DNA of 64,000 nt, taken from Cyanophora paradoxa CCMP329. Lineage: Eukaryota > Plantae > Glaucophyta. Below are positions 39,801-51,062 of the stretch, piece by piece. The stretch's first letter is position 1; each line of letters opens with the position of its first letter. The position numbers and the translations under genes were made by a program. Where the stretch lies: the NCBI GenBank assembly GCA_004431415.1, contig QPMI01000445.1, positions 124,001 through 188,000 of the forward strand. The letters are read 5' to 3'. Below the pieces are notes generated by a model that ran no database searches, was not told where the DNA came from, and saw nothing but the letters and a program-made list of their open reading frames with translations.

Positions 39801-40096
39801 AGCCGAAGAAGCACCACAAGCACCTGCCGGACGTGCAGGTCTCAGAGTCGCCGCCGGCCTCGGCCGCGGCGGCGCCGGGGCCGCTGAACGCGCGGTCGGG
39901 GTCGATCCCGGGGGCGGGCGGGGCGGGGGAGACGTGGCGCCCGATGCTGCCGACGAGCTCGAGCGGCAAAGCGCAGGCGGCGCCCTCGCCGCCCTCGTCG
40001 GGGGGCATCGTGGCGGCCCTCTCCAACTGCTTCGGCAAGCGCGCCAAGACGCCCAAGTCCGGCGGCGGCTCCGTGCGCGAGGGCAACCAGCTCTAG
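36863..40096 (+). CDS. PPP3C: Calcineurin A (PP2B catalytic subunit)
   Basis: [59 protein letters not shown] (CnB-binding), RIKSKLRAV (CaM-binding) and [15 protein letters not shown] (autoinhibitory). Confidence 0.92.
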
Positions 40097-40782
40097 GCCA
40101 GGACCCCGCCCCGCCCCGCCCCGCCTCCCCTCCTCCCCCGGCCCCCGCCCGCCCGCCCGCCCCGTCCGCCCCGCCCCGCCGCGCGCCGCCCCGCCGCGCG
40201 CCGCCCCTGTCCGTCCCCTCCCCGACGCCGCTCGCCCCAGCCCATGCTTTGTAGTATTTCGCATTCGCTCGACTTCGTTGCGGGTGCCCGGCGCTGCCCG
40301 CTCCCCGGCGCCCTCGCTGGCGGGCCATTGGCGGCTAGCGAGCACGCCGTGACGCCACTGTCACGCCAGCACATGACGCCGGCGAGATGATACTCGGGAC
40401 TCCCCGGAGGGGTACCCTGCAATCTAGAGGCATTACGGATTAGCCGCGCGCTCGGCGATCGGCCCGGCGAGCCGCTGAGGCTGCTGAGCCAGCGCAAGCA
40501 GCCGCTGCAATTGAAGAGCACTGAGCTTACCGCAGTGCGCGCGCAGCATGGTCGCGCAGCTTGCGTAACGTCCGACAGTCGACTGGCGGCGCACGCGTAC
40601 AGAAGTCGCAGCGGGCACTGTGGCGTAGTGCAGCTGCGAGTTATCTCGTGACATTCTCGTGTATAGTACAGCCCATCGAGCTCCGGATCCATCACGCTCA
40701 ATAGCAAAGTTCCGTGCCTACTCGGTCGCGGAGGAGGCGAGGCCGGCCCGTCCGATGATCGAGAGCCCATAGTTTTCTGCTC

Positions 40783-43700
40783 ATGCAGCCGGAACGCGGG
40801 TGGCCGCTCGAGCCTCCGGGCGCGGCCTCCGATGGCACGCAACAGCCGCCGCGCCCGCAGCCGCAGCCGCAGCAGCCCTTCGCGGCCGTGTTCATCGTCC
40901 AGTCGCGGCGTTCGCCAAAGGCGCACCCGGGCGGGTCCTACCGGGGCTACCCGCTCGTGGACCGCGAGCCGAAGCCGGAGGGCGGCGTGCGCCCCGCCAT
41001 CGTCCTCGCGGGGCGCCGCTACCGCCTCGCCGTGCCGGGCGCCGGCCCCGCCACGCCCCCGTTGGAAGTCCGGCTCGTCTTCGACGGTGCGCGCCGCCCC
41101 CTCCCCCGACCCCGGGCGCCGCTGAGAGCGGACGTGCGCGCGCTGCAGAGAACGGGGAGACGGTGCCGGGGCAGCCGCTGCCGAACACGAGCGAGGCGGA
41201 GGGCCCCGTCGGGTCGCTCTTCGTCTTCGAGCGGGGCACGGGCGGGCAGGGCCAGCCGGCGGCGGCCCCGCGGCTCGTCTTCGACGCGGACGGCGTCTCG
41301 ACGGTCGCGCTCGGCGTCAACGCCAGTTCCTACCGCTTCGCCAACGCCCTCTTCCGGTGCCCCGCTGCCCCGCCCCGGCCCCGCGCGCCCTCGCCCTCCC
41401 GCCGGCCCCGACGGGCGCGGGCGGGCGGGCGGGCGGGCGGCAGGCTGGAGATCTTGAAGGGCGGGCGGCCGCTCGTCTCGGGGCCGGACCGAGTCACCCT
41501 CCGCACCGCCGCGCACCTCCACTCCGCCGCCCGCCGCAAGGGGTCCGCCCCTCCCGCGCGTCGCACTCCGCCGCCGCCGCCGCCGCCCGACGCGCGGGGG
41601 CCGCAGGGAAGTGCCCTCCTCAAGGCTGGCGACCGCGGCGGCGCCCCCGACGCTACCCGGCGATCCCACCGCCCCCACAGACTCGGGTGCCACCCGTCTC
41701 GCCTGCCCCCCGCCCGTCCCCGCCGCTCCCGCCGCCCCCGCCCCCGCCGCCTCCACCTCCGCCTCCGCCTCCGCCTCCGCCTCCGCCTCGGCAGCTGGCG
41801 TCAAACCCGCTTCCGGTGCGCCCCCTTGCCCCGCGCGTCCCGCTCTCCCCAAGCCATCGTTCGAGGGGCGGGGCGCAGAGGAGGCGGCTGCGGCGCTGTC
41901 GCCGATGGTGGGGAGCCCCGGGGCGGCCCTCTCCCCGTCCAACTTTTTCCTGTCCCCCGGAGCGGTGCTGAGCCCCTTCTCCACCGCCGAGCTCGAGGCC
42001 TTCGCCCAGTCCGTCGCCGCCTGGACCCACGACCTCGTACCCCCCATCCCCCCCCCCCTCTCCTACTTCCCGCCGGCACCTCACGCCCCGCGCAGCCCGC
42101 CGCCTCCGTTGCCGCCGCGGGGCAGGCGAAGCGGCGCCGGACGCTCGTGGCCGACGGTACCCCCCTCTACTTTGACCCGCACCTCCCCGCCGCGCCCGCG
42201 ATACCCCCCTGGGGCGCCGTCCCCTCCGCCGTCGCCGTCGCCTCGTTCTCGCCGCACCCGCCCATGCCCTCCCTGCACACCCCGCCCCTGCTCTTCCACA
42301 CGCCGCCGCTGCTCTCGCCGCCGCTCGCGCTGCCCTCGCCCTCGCCGCCGGCGCGGACGCCGCCGACGCCGCCCGTGGCGAGCGCCCCCTCCCCCTCGAC
42401 CTCCGACTCCTCGGGCTCCTCGGGCTCCTCGTCCTGCATCCCCTTCCCCACCCTCAACGCCCCGCGCCTCGCCTCCAACCCCAGCCCCGGCCCCTCCTCG
42501 CCCCCGGCCGCCCCCTTCCCGCCCCAGTCGCTGCTCTTCCCCGCCCTCTCCGCGGCGCTGTTCGGGGCGCACCCGTCGGACCCGCCCCCCGAAGGCCCCG
42601 AGCGGGGGCCGGAGGGGGCGGAGGCGCCGCTCCCCCTGGGGGCCTCCTGGCCCGTCGTCCCCAAGGGGAACGCGCTGGAGACGGCCTTCGAGGCCTTCGC
42701 GCGGCTCTCGCTGGGGGGCGACCCCTCGCCCCGCCCGCCCCCGCCCCGCGAGCCGCCCCGCCCCCCGCCCCCGCCCCGCTCCCCCGGCAGCCCCTCCCTC
42801 CTCTGGGCCGCCAACTTCACCGGCGGCCTCGACGTGCGCCGGGGCGCTCCCCCCTCGCCCCCGCCCCCGCTCCCGCCCCGCCGACGCTGCCCCCCGCAGG
42901 CGCCGTTCCGGCACGAAACAGAAAACGGGCGGCGGGAGGCGGCGACGCTGGTGGTGGCGGCGCACGAGGCGGTCAAGGCCGTCGCCCTCTCCTCGGGCGT
43001 CCGCCACCCGGTCCCCGTGACCGCCGGCCCCGCCTCGGCGACCCTCCTGCACGCGTGCTCGGACCTCGCGGTCGCCCTCTCCTCCCCCGCCCTCTTCGAC
43101 ACCGACCTGCTGCGCACGCGCGACGGCCGCCTCCGCCTCCGCCACGCCCTCGAGGACCTCAGGCGCGCCCTGCCGCCCTGCTCGGCGCTCGGCCCTCTCA
43201 GCGCGGCCGCGCGCAGGTTCTCGGGGTCGGGCCAGCCGGTGCTCTCGGTGCTGCGGGTGTGGCGGGAGGCGCTGCTCGGGGCGCGGCTGGCGGGGCCGGA
43301 CGGGGGCCCGCCGGCGCTGGAGGAGGCGCGGCTCCTCGCCGAGCACTGCTGGGGCGTCTGCGAGGTGGTCACGGGCCCGAACAGCTACACCTGCTGGGAC
43401 CTCTTCCCCGTCGACAGGCCCTTCCTCTTCTCCGTGCGCCCCGCCCGCCGGCCCCGCCGACGCCCCGGCCCACGCGCTGCGCCGGGCAGCTGGTGGACAA
43501 GGCGGAGTCGGTGGTGCGGGGGGCCCTCGCGCCGCGCCCCGGGGCCCCGGACCCGGCCGGGGAGGGCGAGGGGGCCCTGCTGCTCGCCCACGCGATCTCG
43601 CGCCGCGCCCGCCACCTCGAGCACGTGCGCATTGCCGCGCCCCTCCCCGCCCCGCCGAGGCGAGGCGGGGCGGGGCGCGGCAGTACCAGGAGACGGAGGA

Positions 43701-45195
43701 GGCGCTGCGGCTCTACTTCGAGGCGTGGGCGCTGCTGCAGCGCACCGGCCACTCCCCCTCCCGCCTCGAGGCCGCCCTCCTCCGCGAGATTGCCGACATC
43801 ACCAGCGCGCCCCGCGCACCCCGCCAGGCCCGGGGGGTACGATCTGATCCTTCCCTCCGCAGCGCGCATCCCGGGGCGCCTGGAGGAGGCGACCCGCCTC
43901 TGCGAGAAGATGTACTGGTGCGCCGCCGCCGTACCCCTCCGCGCCCTCGCACGCCTGATCAACCCCCCCCCCCCCCCCCCCCCCCCAAATGACAGGTACT
44001 GCGAGACGCCGGAGGATACGTACCAGGAGGCCTGCTGCCTGCAGACGCTGGGTACGCCTTTTCGGAGCAGCGCCGGGGTGCATCCCTCCTCACGCGGCTG
44101 CGCCCCAGCTGCGGAGCGGTACCTCAGGGGGAGCTGGCGCATGGCGAAGGGCCACCTCCGGCGCGGCATCGAGGCGCGCACGCCGGCTCCCGGCGGCCCG
44201 CTCCCCCGTACCCCCCTGACCGGGGGAGGCCTCGTCCGCAGCTCATCTCGCCGCTCTCGGAGGGGTACCGCGTGCACCTCGAGCGCCTGTGGCAGACCAT
44301 CGGTGCGCCTCCCCGCACGCTCTGGCCTCGCCTCGCCGCGGCGGGCTGACCGACGCCGGCCGGCAGCGATCGGCTGCTTCTGCGAGTTCGACGTCACGGA
44401 CGCCTTCCGCGTGCGGCCCGTACCCCCGGGCGCCGGCGTACCCCCCGCCGACCTCACCCCCCCCAGGCGACGACGGAGTCGCTGCGGCAGCTGGCGGTGC
44501 ACCCGTTCAGCGCGAACGAGTACGACCTCACGCACGCCCTCATCGCCCGCGCCGTCCGCCCCGCCCCATCTGCCCCGCCCCGCCCTCGCGCCTCTCACCC
44601 CGCCCCGCGCCGGCGCAGCTGACGGTCATGAGGCTCTCCGCGCCCCCCGAGGGCAAGCCGAGCTTCGCCCCCATGTGCGCCCCGCCCCGCCCCGCCCCTC
44701 CCCGCCAACCCCGCCCCGGGCCTCACCAGCCGGCGCCGCAGGGAGCAGGCCTGCACCCAGACGCGCCTCATCCAGGGCGGCCTCGTCGTGCGCCGTACCC
44801 GTCCCCACCGCCCCCCCTTCCCCCGGCCTCACGCGTACCCCCCTTTCGGCGCAGCGGATGGGCCTCATGGAGCGGTACTACGGGGCGGCGGTCAACGGGC
44901 ACCTGCTCTTCCGCACCGGCGAGGCCGAGCTCTACACCGGTACCCCCACCACCCCACCCCACCCCCCGTCCCCCTCCCCCCCCCCTCCCCACCCCACCCC
45001 CCCACCCCCCCTCTTGTTAAGTTCTGGGGCGCAGGGGAGTACGCGAAGGCGCTGGGCCACTTCCAGAAGGCGGCGGTGGCGCTGTTCGACCTGTACCCGG
45101 CCTACTTCGAGGGTACCCCCCGAGTGCGGCGCCTCCGCGAGTTCTCCGCCATGGCCCGCGCCCAGCTCTCCGCGCACTCCGGCCACGCCCCTTAG
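40783..45195 (+). CDS. Unknown multi-exon protein: N-terminal beta-rich domain, Pro/Ser-rich middle, TPR-like helical C-terminus
   Basis: Continuous exon chain with host-type introns; helical repeats such as EALRLYFEAWALLQRTG, ACCLQTLAAERYLRGSWRMAKGHLRRGIE and GEYAKALGHFQKAA; ends ...SGHAP*. Confidence 0.6.
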
Positions 45196-45717
45196 CCCGG
45201 CCGCCTTTGCTCTCTTTGGGCCCTCCCGCCCGTATTGGTTTTTGCGATTACAGAGCGCATAATTTATGTTCGTGTAGCCCGGAGCAGCTGTAGTTGGTAG
45301 CTGCCAGGCTGTATAGTCCAGGAGAGTACCACTCATGCACTTTCGCAGCTTAGCTAGGTAGGGTCTAAGCTTGTGAGTGTGTGCGTTGTTTGCTGTTCGC
45401 GTTTCAACCTAGTTTCGTACTTTGGCCCTGGTAGTATTCTTAGTATTCTGTCCTATTCTGTATATATCACGGATGTTTCCAGTTGCCGCTTTTCGCGTTT
45501 TCGAATTTCTGCGCGCGAATGCTGCAGGTTTCCCACTAGTACTAGTATGTTGCACTTCTCGTTCTCTTCCCCCCATCGCAATTCCCCGTACGCGTGCTCT
45601 ATCCACCGCACAAAAGGAAACAGCGGTGCAGAGGCGGGCCGGGGAGCAGGCGGGAAGTCGACTCGTTGGGGTGCCGGCGCGGCGGGCTGCGCATGCGCGT
45701 CTCTTTGCGGTCGCCCC

Positions 45718-48700
45718 TCACTTGGGGCGGAGGCCGAGGCCGAGGGGGCAGACGGCCTCGAGGAAGAGCTCGAAGGGGAGCGCCTTCGGCTCCTTCTTCC
45801 CCGCCGGCGCCGCGAAGGCCCCCTTCCCGTCCAGGTCCCCGAGGGCGGCGAGGAGGGCGCCCCGTGGCAGCGCCAGCTCCGCCCGCGCGGGGTCCACCGC
45901 CGCGTGCCGCTGGAAGGCCGCCAGCGCCTGCGCCCGCTCCTCCTGCCCGCGGCGCCCGGTCGGGGGCTCTCGGCCTCCAGAAGGCCGGGGCGGACCTGGG
46001 CGAGGCCGCTGAGCTTGCAGCGGTGGATGAGGTCGGAGGTGGAGATGCCCTCCGTGCGGGGCAGCACGCGCGTGATCCCCATCTGCACCCGCGCCCCGCC
46101 CCGCCCCGCCCGCCTCGGCGAGGGCGCCTGGGACGGGGGCGGGCGGGCGGGCGGGCCTGGCGGGGGACGGCGTAGTAGGCGTCGTCGGGGCGGTCGTACT
46201 CCGCCGAGTGGCACACCACGTGGATGTTGTGCTGCCCGGGCCTCAGCTGGGCCCGGCCGGCGGGCGGGGCGGGGCGGGGGGCGGGCCTTGACGAGGAACT
46301 CCCTGGGGATGCCGGAGCAGGGGGCGTTGGGGATGACCGCCGAGACGTGCTTGCACGCCGCCACCTCCGCGCACCGCTCCTCGTGCGTCATCTGAGCGGC
46401 ACGGGGCGCGTCAGGAGAGGGCGCCGGGGCGGGGCGGGGCGGGGCGAGGTGGGGGGGCGCGCGATGGGCTTGCGCTTGTACGGCGTGGCGTCCTCGTCGC
46501 TGCAGACGCCGACCAGCAGCCGGTTCCCGTACCTGCCGCCGCCTCAGCCGCCCGCCCGGGCCCCTGCGCGCCCCGCCCGCGCACTTGGAGGCGGCGGCGA
46601 AGAGGTTCTTGTGGCCGACGTGACACAGGTCGTAGATGCCTGCGCCTCGGTAAGAGCTCGCTCCGGGCGGCACGGAAGGGGAGGGCGGGCAGGGCGGGCC
46701 GTCGATGTAGACGTTGGTGACGGTGGAGAAGACGGGCATGTTAAGCGCCTCGCTCAGCTCGTAGAAGATCTGCCGGCGGCTCGCTGGGGGCGGGGCGGGG
46801 CGGGGCGGGGCGGGGCGGGGGGCGCCTCGAAGTAGTAGAAGGCGCAGAGGCAGATGGCGCCCAGGTCGTTGAAGATCGACACCATGCACGCGATCACGCT
46901 GCGCGCGGGGCGGGGGAGGGCGAGGGCGATCAGGCCGGCACGCGTGGGGGTGTGCGAAGGCGTGGGCCCGGGCGCGCATGAGGGGGTGCAGGTCTCGCTT
47001 CGCCATCTGCCGGCCGGGGCGGTCAGAAGCGGGGAAGACGAGGGGAGCTAGGCGGGCGGGGGGGGGCGGGGCGGGGCGGGCGGGCCTTGGCGACGATGAG
47101 GTCGGAGGTGATGAGGGAGAGGGTGAGCCCGTCCGCCAGGATCTCCACGTCCGTCTGAGGCGGAGTGAGGAGGGGGCGGGCCACGCTAAGCCGTCCAGGC
47201 GGGGGCGGGCGGACGGTGTTGGGGGCGCCGACGAGGCGCTTGGCGAGGAGGGGCACGACGCGGTAGAGGAGGCATAGGAGCAGCCCGTTCCGCGTCCGCT
47301 CCTGCCCCGCCTTCAGCAGCACCGCCTGCAGCGGGCGGTCAGCCGGGCGGGAGGGGGACGAGGTGCGGGCCGGGCGGCGCCGGCCTTGATGATGGTGTGG
47401 ACGAGGATGAGGAGGTACGCCAGCCGCACGGTCTGCCGCCCCGTTGGGCGGGGCGGGGGGGAAAGGGCGCTCCGGGCGGGGCGCGCCTCGAAGCCGACGT
47501 GGTCGAGGTCCGTCTTCACCTCGAAGACCCGCGCCAGCGTCGGCAGCACGTGCGCCTGCCCGCCCGCCCCTCGGCCCCCCGCCGGCGGGGCGCGCGGGGA
47601 AGGGCGCGGGGGGGCGGGCCTGCATGTAGTGGGCGTAGAGGCCCCAGATGGCCTCCAGGCCGACGTAGGCGCGGAGGGCGAGGCCGGCCATCGTGTACAC
47701 GAGCAGCTCGCCGGGGCCCAGCCACACGCTGAAGCTCACCACCCGCTCCTTGAACGCCTCCTGCGCCGGCCTCGCCGCGGCGCCATGGGGGCGGAGGGGG
47801 CGGAGAGGGGGGGTACCATGTGCTCGCAGAGGAAGAGGAGGGAGACGCTCTGCGTGATCTGCGGGCCGGGGGGTGAGCGGGGCCGGCGCCGGGCGGCCGG
47901 AGCGCGCGCCATCCACTGCGTCGTCGAGTCGGTGACGCCCCTGCGCGGGGGCGGGTCTGGGGGGGCGGGGGGGGCCCAGGCCCGGGCGGGGCGGGGCGGG
48001 TCCCGGCGCACATGATGTCGAGGACAGTGAGGGCGAGGAAGGTGATGCCGACGTTGTCGCAGGCGTGGTCGAAGAGCTCCCCCATCGGGCTCCCGTTCCG
48101 CGTCGCCCGCGCGTGCTTCCCGTCGCTGCCCGCCCACGCCGCGCCGCTCCCCGGCTCGGGAGGCGCCGGCGGGTAGGCGGGCGGGTCGGCGGGCCGGCCG
48201 GGGGGGCGCACATGGCGTCGAGGGTCTGGTAGGCGAAGATGAGGGCGATGCAGCTCGCCACCGTCAGCGCGGGGTAGTCCGCCAGGTACTGCGTTCCGCG
48301 GGGAGCGCGCGTCAGGCCTGAAGGGCGCGCGCGCGCGAGGGGCGAGCTCGAGGGCGGCGATCTGAGCGCCGCGTCCGGGATCCCGGACCTGCCGCTCGAT
48401 GTAGTAGCCGTGCACGATGCATAGGAGGCCAGCGAAAGAGAGGACGTTCGGCGCTGAGGAAAGACGGTCAGCGAAGAGAGAGAGGACGCGGCCGATCAGC
48501 TGGAGGCCAGAGAAAAAGAGGATGCGGGCGCGGCCGGTCAGCGGAAACGCGGCCGGCGCGCATATGCATGCGCGCTCGCCGGCGCCATGCATGGCCATGC
48601 CGTATGCATGGTCACGGCCGGCAGGCGCGTCACGGCTCCGATAGGAAGTGCGTCCCGTCCCAGACGCTCTATTAGGCATCATAAGCGCCGCACGTACGCG

Positions 48701-48956
48701 CCGGGCCTAGATTACCGCGCCCGGCGCTGGCCCGTCGTGTTTGAACGACGCGGGCGGGCGCGCGGCGCGCGGAGGGAGGCGTACGCAGCACAGATCTAGA
48801 AAGCCGATACTGACCTACGTTACTCGGGATGAGGCGCACGACCGCGTTCCAGAAGGGCGAGAGCAGGCGCGTTGTGATCGAGAGATCGACGCAGGAGTAG
48901 GTCCACTGCGCAATGTTGACCTTGTCCGCAGCAGAGAGAAACACCTCGCGCCCCAT
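45718..48956 (-). CDS. Fusion protein: choline/ethanolamine-phosphotransferase (CDP-alcohol phosphotransferase) plus C-terminal cytidylyltransferase
   Basis: N-terminal: [54 protein letters not shown]. C-terminal: VYIDGIYDLCHVGH, LLVGVCSDED..PYKRKPIMTHEER, RTEGISTSDLI. The exon FYELSEALNMPVFSTVTNVYIDG bridges the two domains without a stop. Confidence 0.88.
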
Positions 48957-49049
48957 CGAGCTGCGCTGGAGCCGACTTCTTCGCGTGTACGATATTGCGC
49001 GTACCCCCTGAGCTCCCTTTCAGCCTGGCGGGAGCTGGCTGCTCGCGAT
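48957..49049. promoter_or_regulatory. Probable bidirectional promoter (93 bp between divergent start codons)
   Basis: The fusion gene ATG (minus strand, 48956) and the EGF-rhomboid ATG (plus strand, 49050) are head-to-head. Confidence 0.5.
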
Positions 49050-50366
49050 ATGCGCTGGCTCCTCCTGGCGCTACTCGCGCTGGCGGTGGCCGCGGCGCAG
49101 ACGAACCCGACGCGCGACGACTTCTTCGCGTACGTTCGCGCGGCGTCGAGCGAGAGCTGGGGTGGACTCGCCGGGGCCATCGCGGGCCTCGGTGCGCGCG
49201 TCCTCGCGAGAGGTGCGCATGTGGCGCCGGCGAGCGGCCGCGCGCGCGCGGGCACGTTTCGCGCAGATGCAGCAAACTAAGCCATATGCATCACGCCACC
49301 GCCCCCTCGCGCAGCGGGAATCGTTGACGTTGAGCGGACGGAGCTGGGCGTCGCGAGCCTGATCCGCGTCAAGCAGCCCGTCGCCGGCGGCAGGAGCTAC
49401 TTCCTGGGCGCGTTTGGCACCTTCGTGCCGCTCCCGAACCCGCCGCGCTGCCCGGGGCTCGACGAGTGCAGCGACCACGGTGCACGCGAGCTCGAGCGCC
49501 GACGGCACCTCGAGCTCCATGGCCAGCTCAAGCCGAGCGCAGGGCTGTGCGTCGGGGAGGGGCGCTGCGCGTGCGAGCCGGGCTGGCGCGGGGAGGCGTG
49601 CGAGCGGCGGCCCTCGCTGCTGGGGCGCCGGGGCGCGCCGCTGCTGCCGGGCGGGCCGCCCCTCGAGCTCTGCCTCGTGGGGGCGATAGCGGCGGTGTAC
49701 GCGGCGTGGCTCGCGGCGCCGCTGCTCGGCGCCTCTGCCTTCATGGAGCGCCACTTCGCCGTCTCGGCGCTCGCCCTGAAGCGGCGGCGCGTGCACACGC
49801 TCCTCACGGCGGCCCTCTCGCACGACTCCCTCCTCCACCTCCTCCCCAACGCCCTCTGGCTCCTCTCCCTCGCCCCGCTGCGCGCCCCGCTCCTCTCCGA
49901 CCCCGCCCTCCTCGCCCTCCTCGCCGCCTGCGCCGCCCTCGCCTCCCTCGCCAGCGCCCTCGCCAACGGCGCCCTCCGCTCCTACTACACCTCCTCCCTC
50001 GGCGCCAGCGGGTGCGCCCCGGCCCTCGCCCGCTCGCGCGCCCCGCCGGCCCTCGCCGTCGCCCCCTGATCAAGCCCCCGCAGGGCGGTGACGGGGCTTC
50101 TGGCGTACCTCGCCCTCTGCGTGGGGGACCTCCCCGGCGCCCGCTTCGAGGTCGCCGCCCCCGCCGCCCTCCCCCTCGCCCCGTCCCTGCCCCTGCCCCT
50201 CCCGCGCGCCCTCACGGCGCTGGAGGCGCTCGGCGTGCACACGGCGGTGGAGGCGGCGCGGGCGCTGCTGCTCGGGCCGGGGCCCTCGGATCTCGCCTGC
50301 CACCTCGGCGGCGCCGCCGCCGGCGCCCTCGCCTGGGCCGCCGCCTCCCTCGCCGGCGCCCTCTAG
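49050..50366 (+). CDS. Signal peptide + EGF-like domain + PARL-like rhomboid protease
   Basis: MRWLLLALLALAVAAAQ; CPGLDECSDHG-LCVGEGRCACEPGWRGEAC (EGF); MERHFAVS...RVHTLLTAALSHDSLLHLLPN, SLGASG (catalytic Ser), DLACHLGG (catalytic His). Confidence 0.8.
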
Positions 50367-51062
50367 ACCTGGCGCCCCTTCGACTTCCCTTGTCGCACCC
50401 TGTCTTCCCTGCGCCCCCGTACCCGCGGCGGGACTTGCGCCCTATCTTCGCTGGTTCCATGCCAGACAATCTGGACAGTCCGTTTCCCTTCGAATTCTTA
50501 ACCCCAGGCCTAGGCCTGCTGCTACTTCTTCAGACCTCCCTCCCTCCTTCCTTGCAGCTGTACCCCAGCAACCCTTGTTTGCCTTTTTGGAACTTTCCCC
50601 AAGTGTACCTTGATTGCCCCGCCGGGCTGCGCGAGTGATTCGAATTCATGATAGTGTACATTCCGAACTTAATGCAGATTCAATGCAGATCTAGAATTCG
50701 AAAGCGAAGAAAAATGACGATTTTGCTTGATCTCCGCCTTTTGCAATTGGAAGATTTTGCGGAAGCGGCTTGATCTCCGCCGTCCAGTATATATATTTTC
50801 TGATTTTATCTGCAGCGCGCGGGCCGTATACGTACTACACGCCCTCGCGAAATCCCCCCCCCCCCCCTCCTCTCCCTTCCCCCTCCCCCGCCCATTCGCC
50901 CTCCGGCCCCGGCCCGTAGCCTCCCTACCTTCGCGCCCTCGCGTTGTCATGCTTGCACTTTATCGAAGAAAAAATATGATAGCATCAGGAATGCGCGTCG
51001 GCCCAGCGGAGGGGGTACATGAACCGAGGATGGCCCCGGGGGACCCCGGGGAAGGGCGAGGG

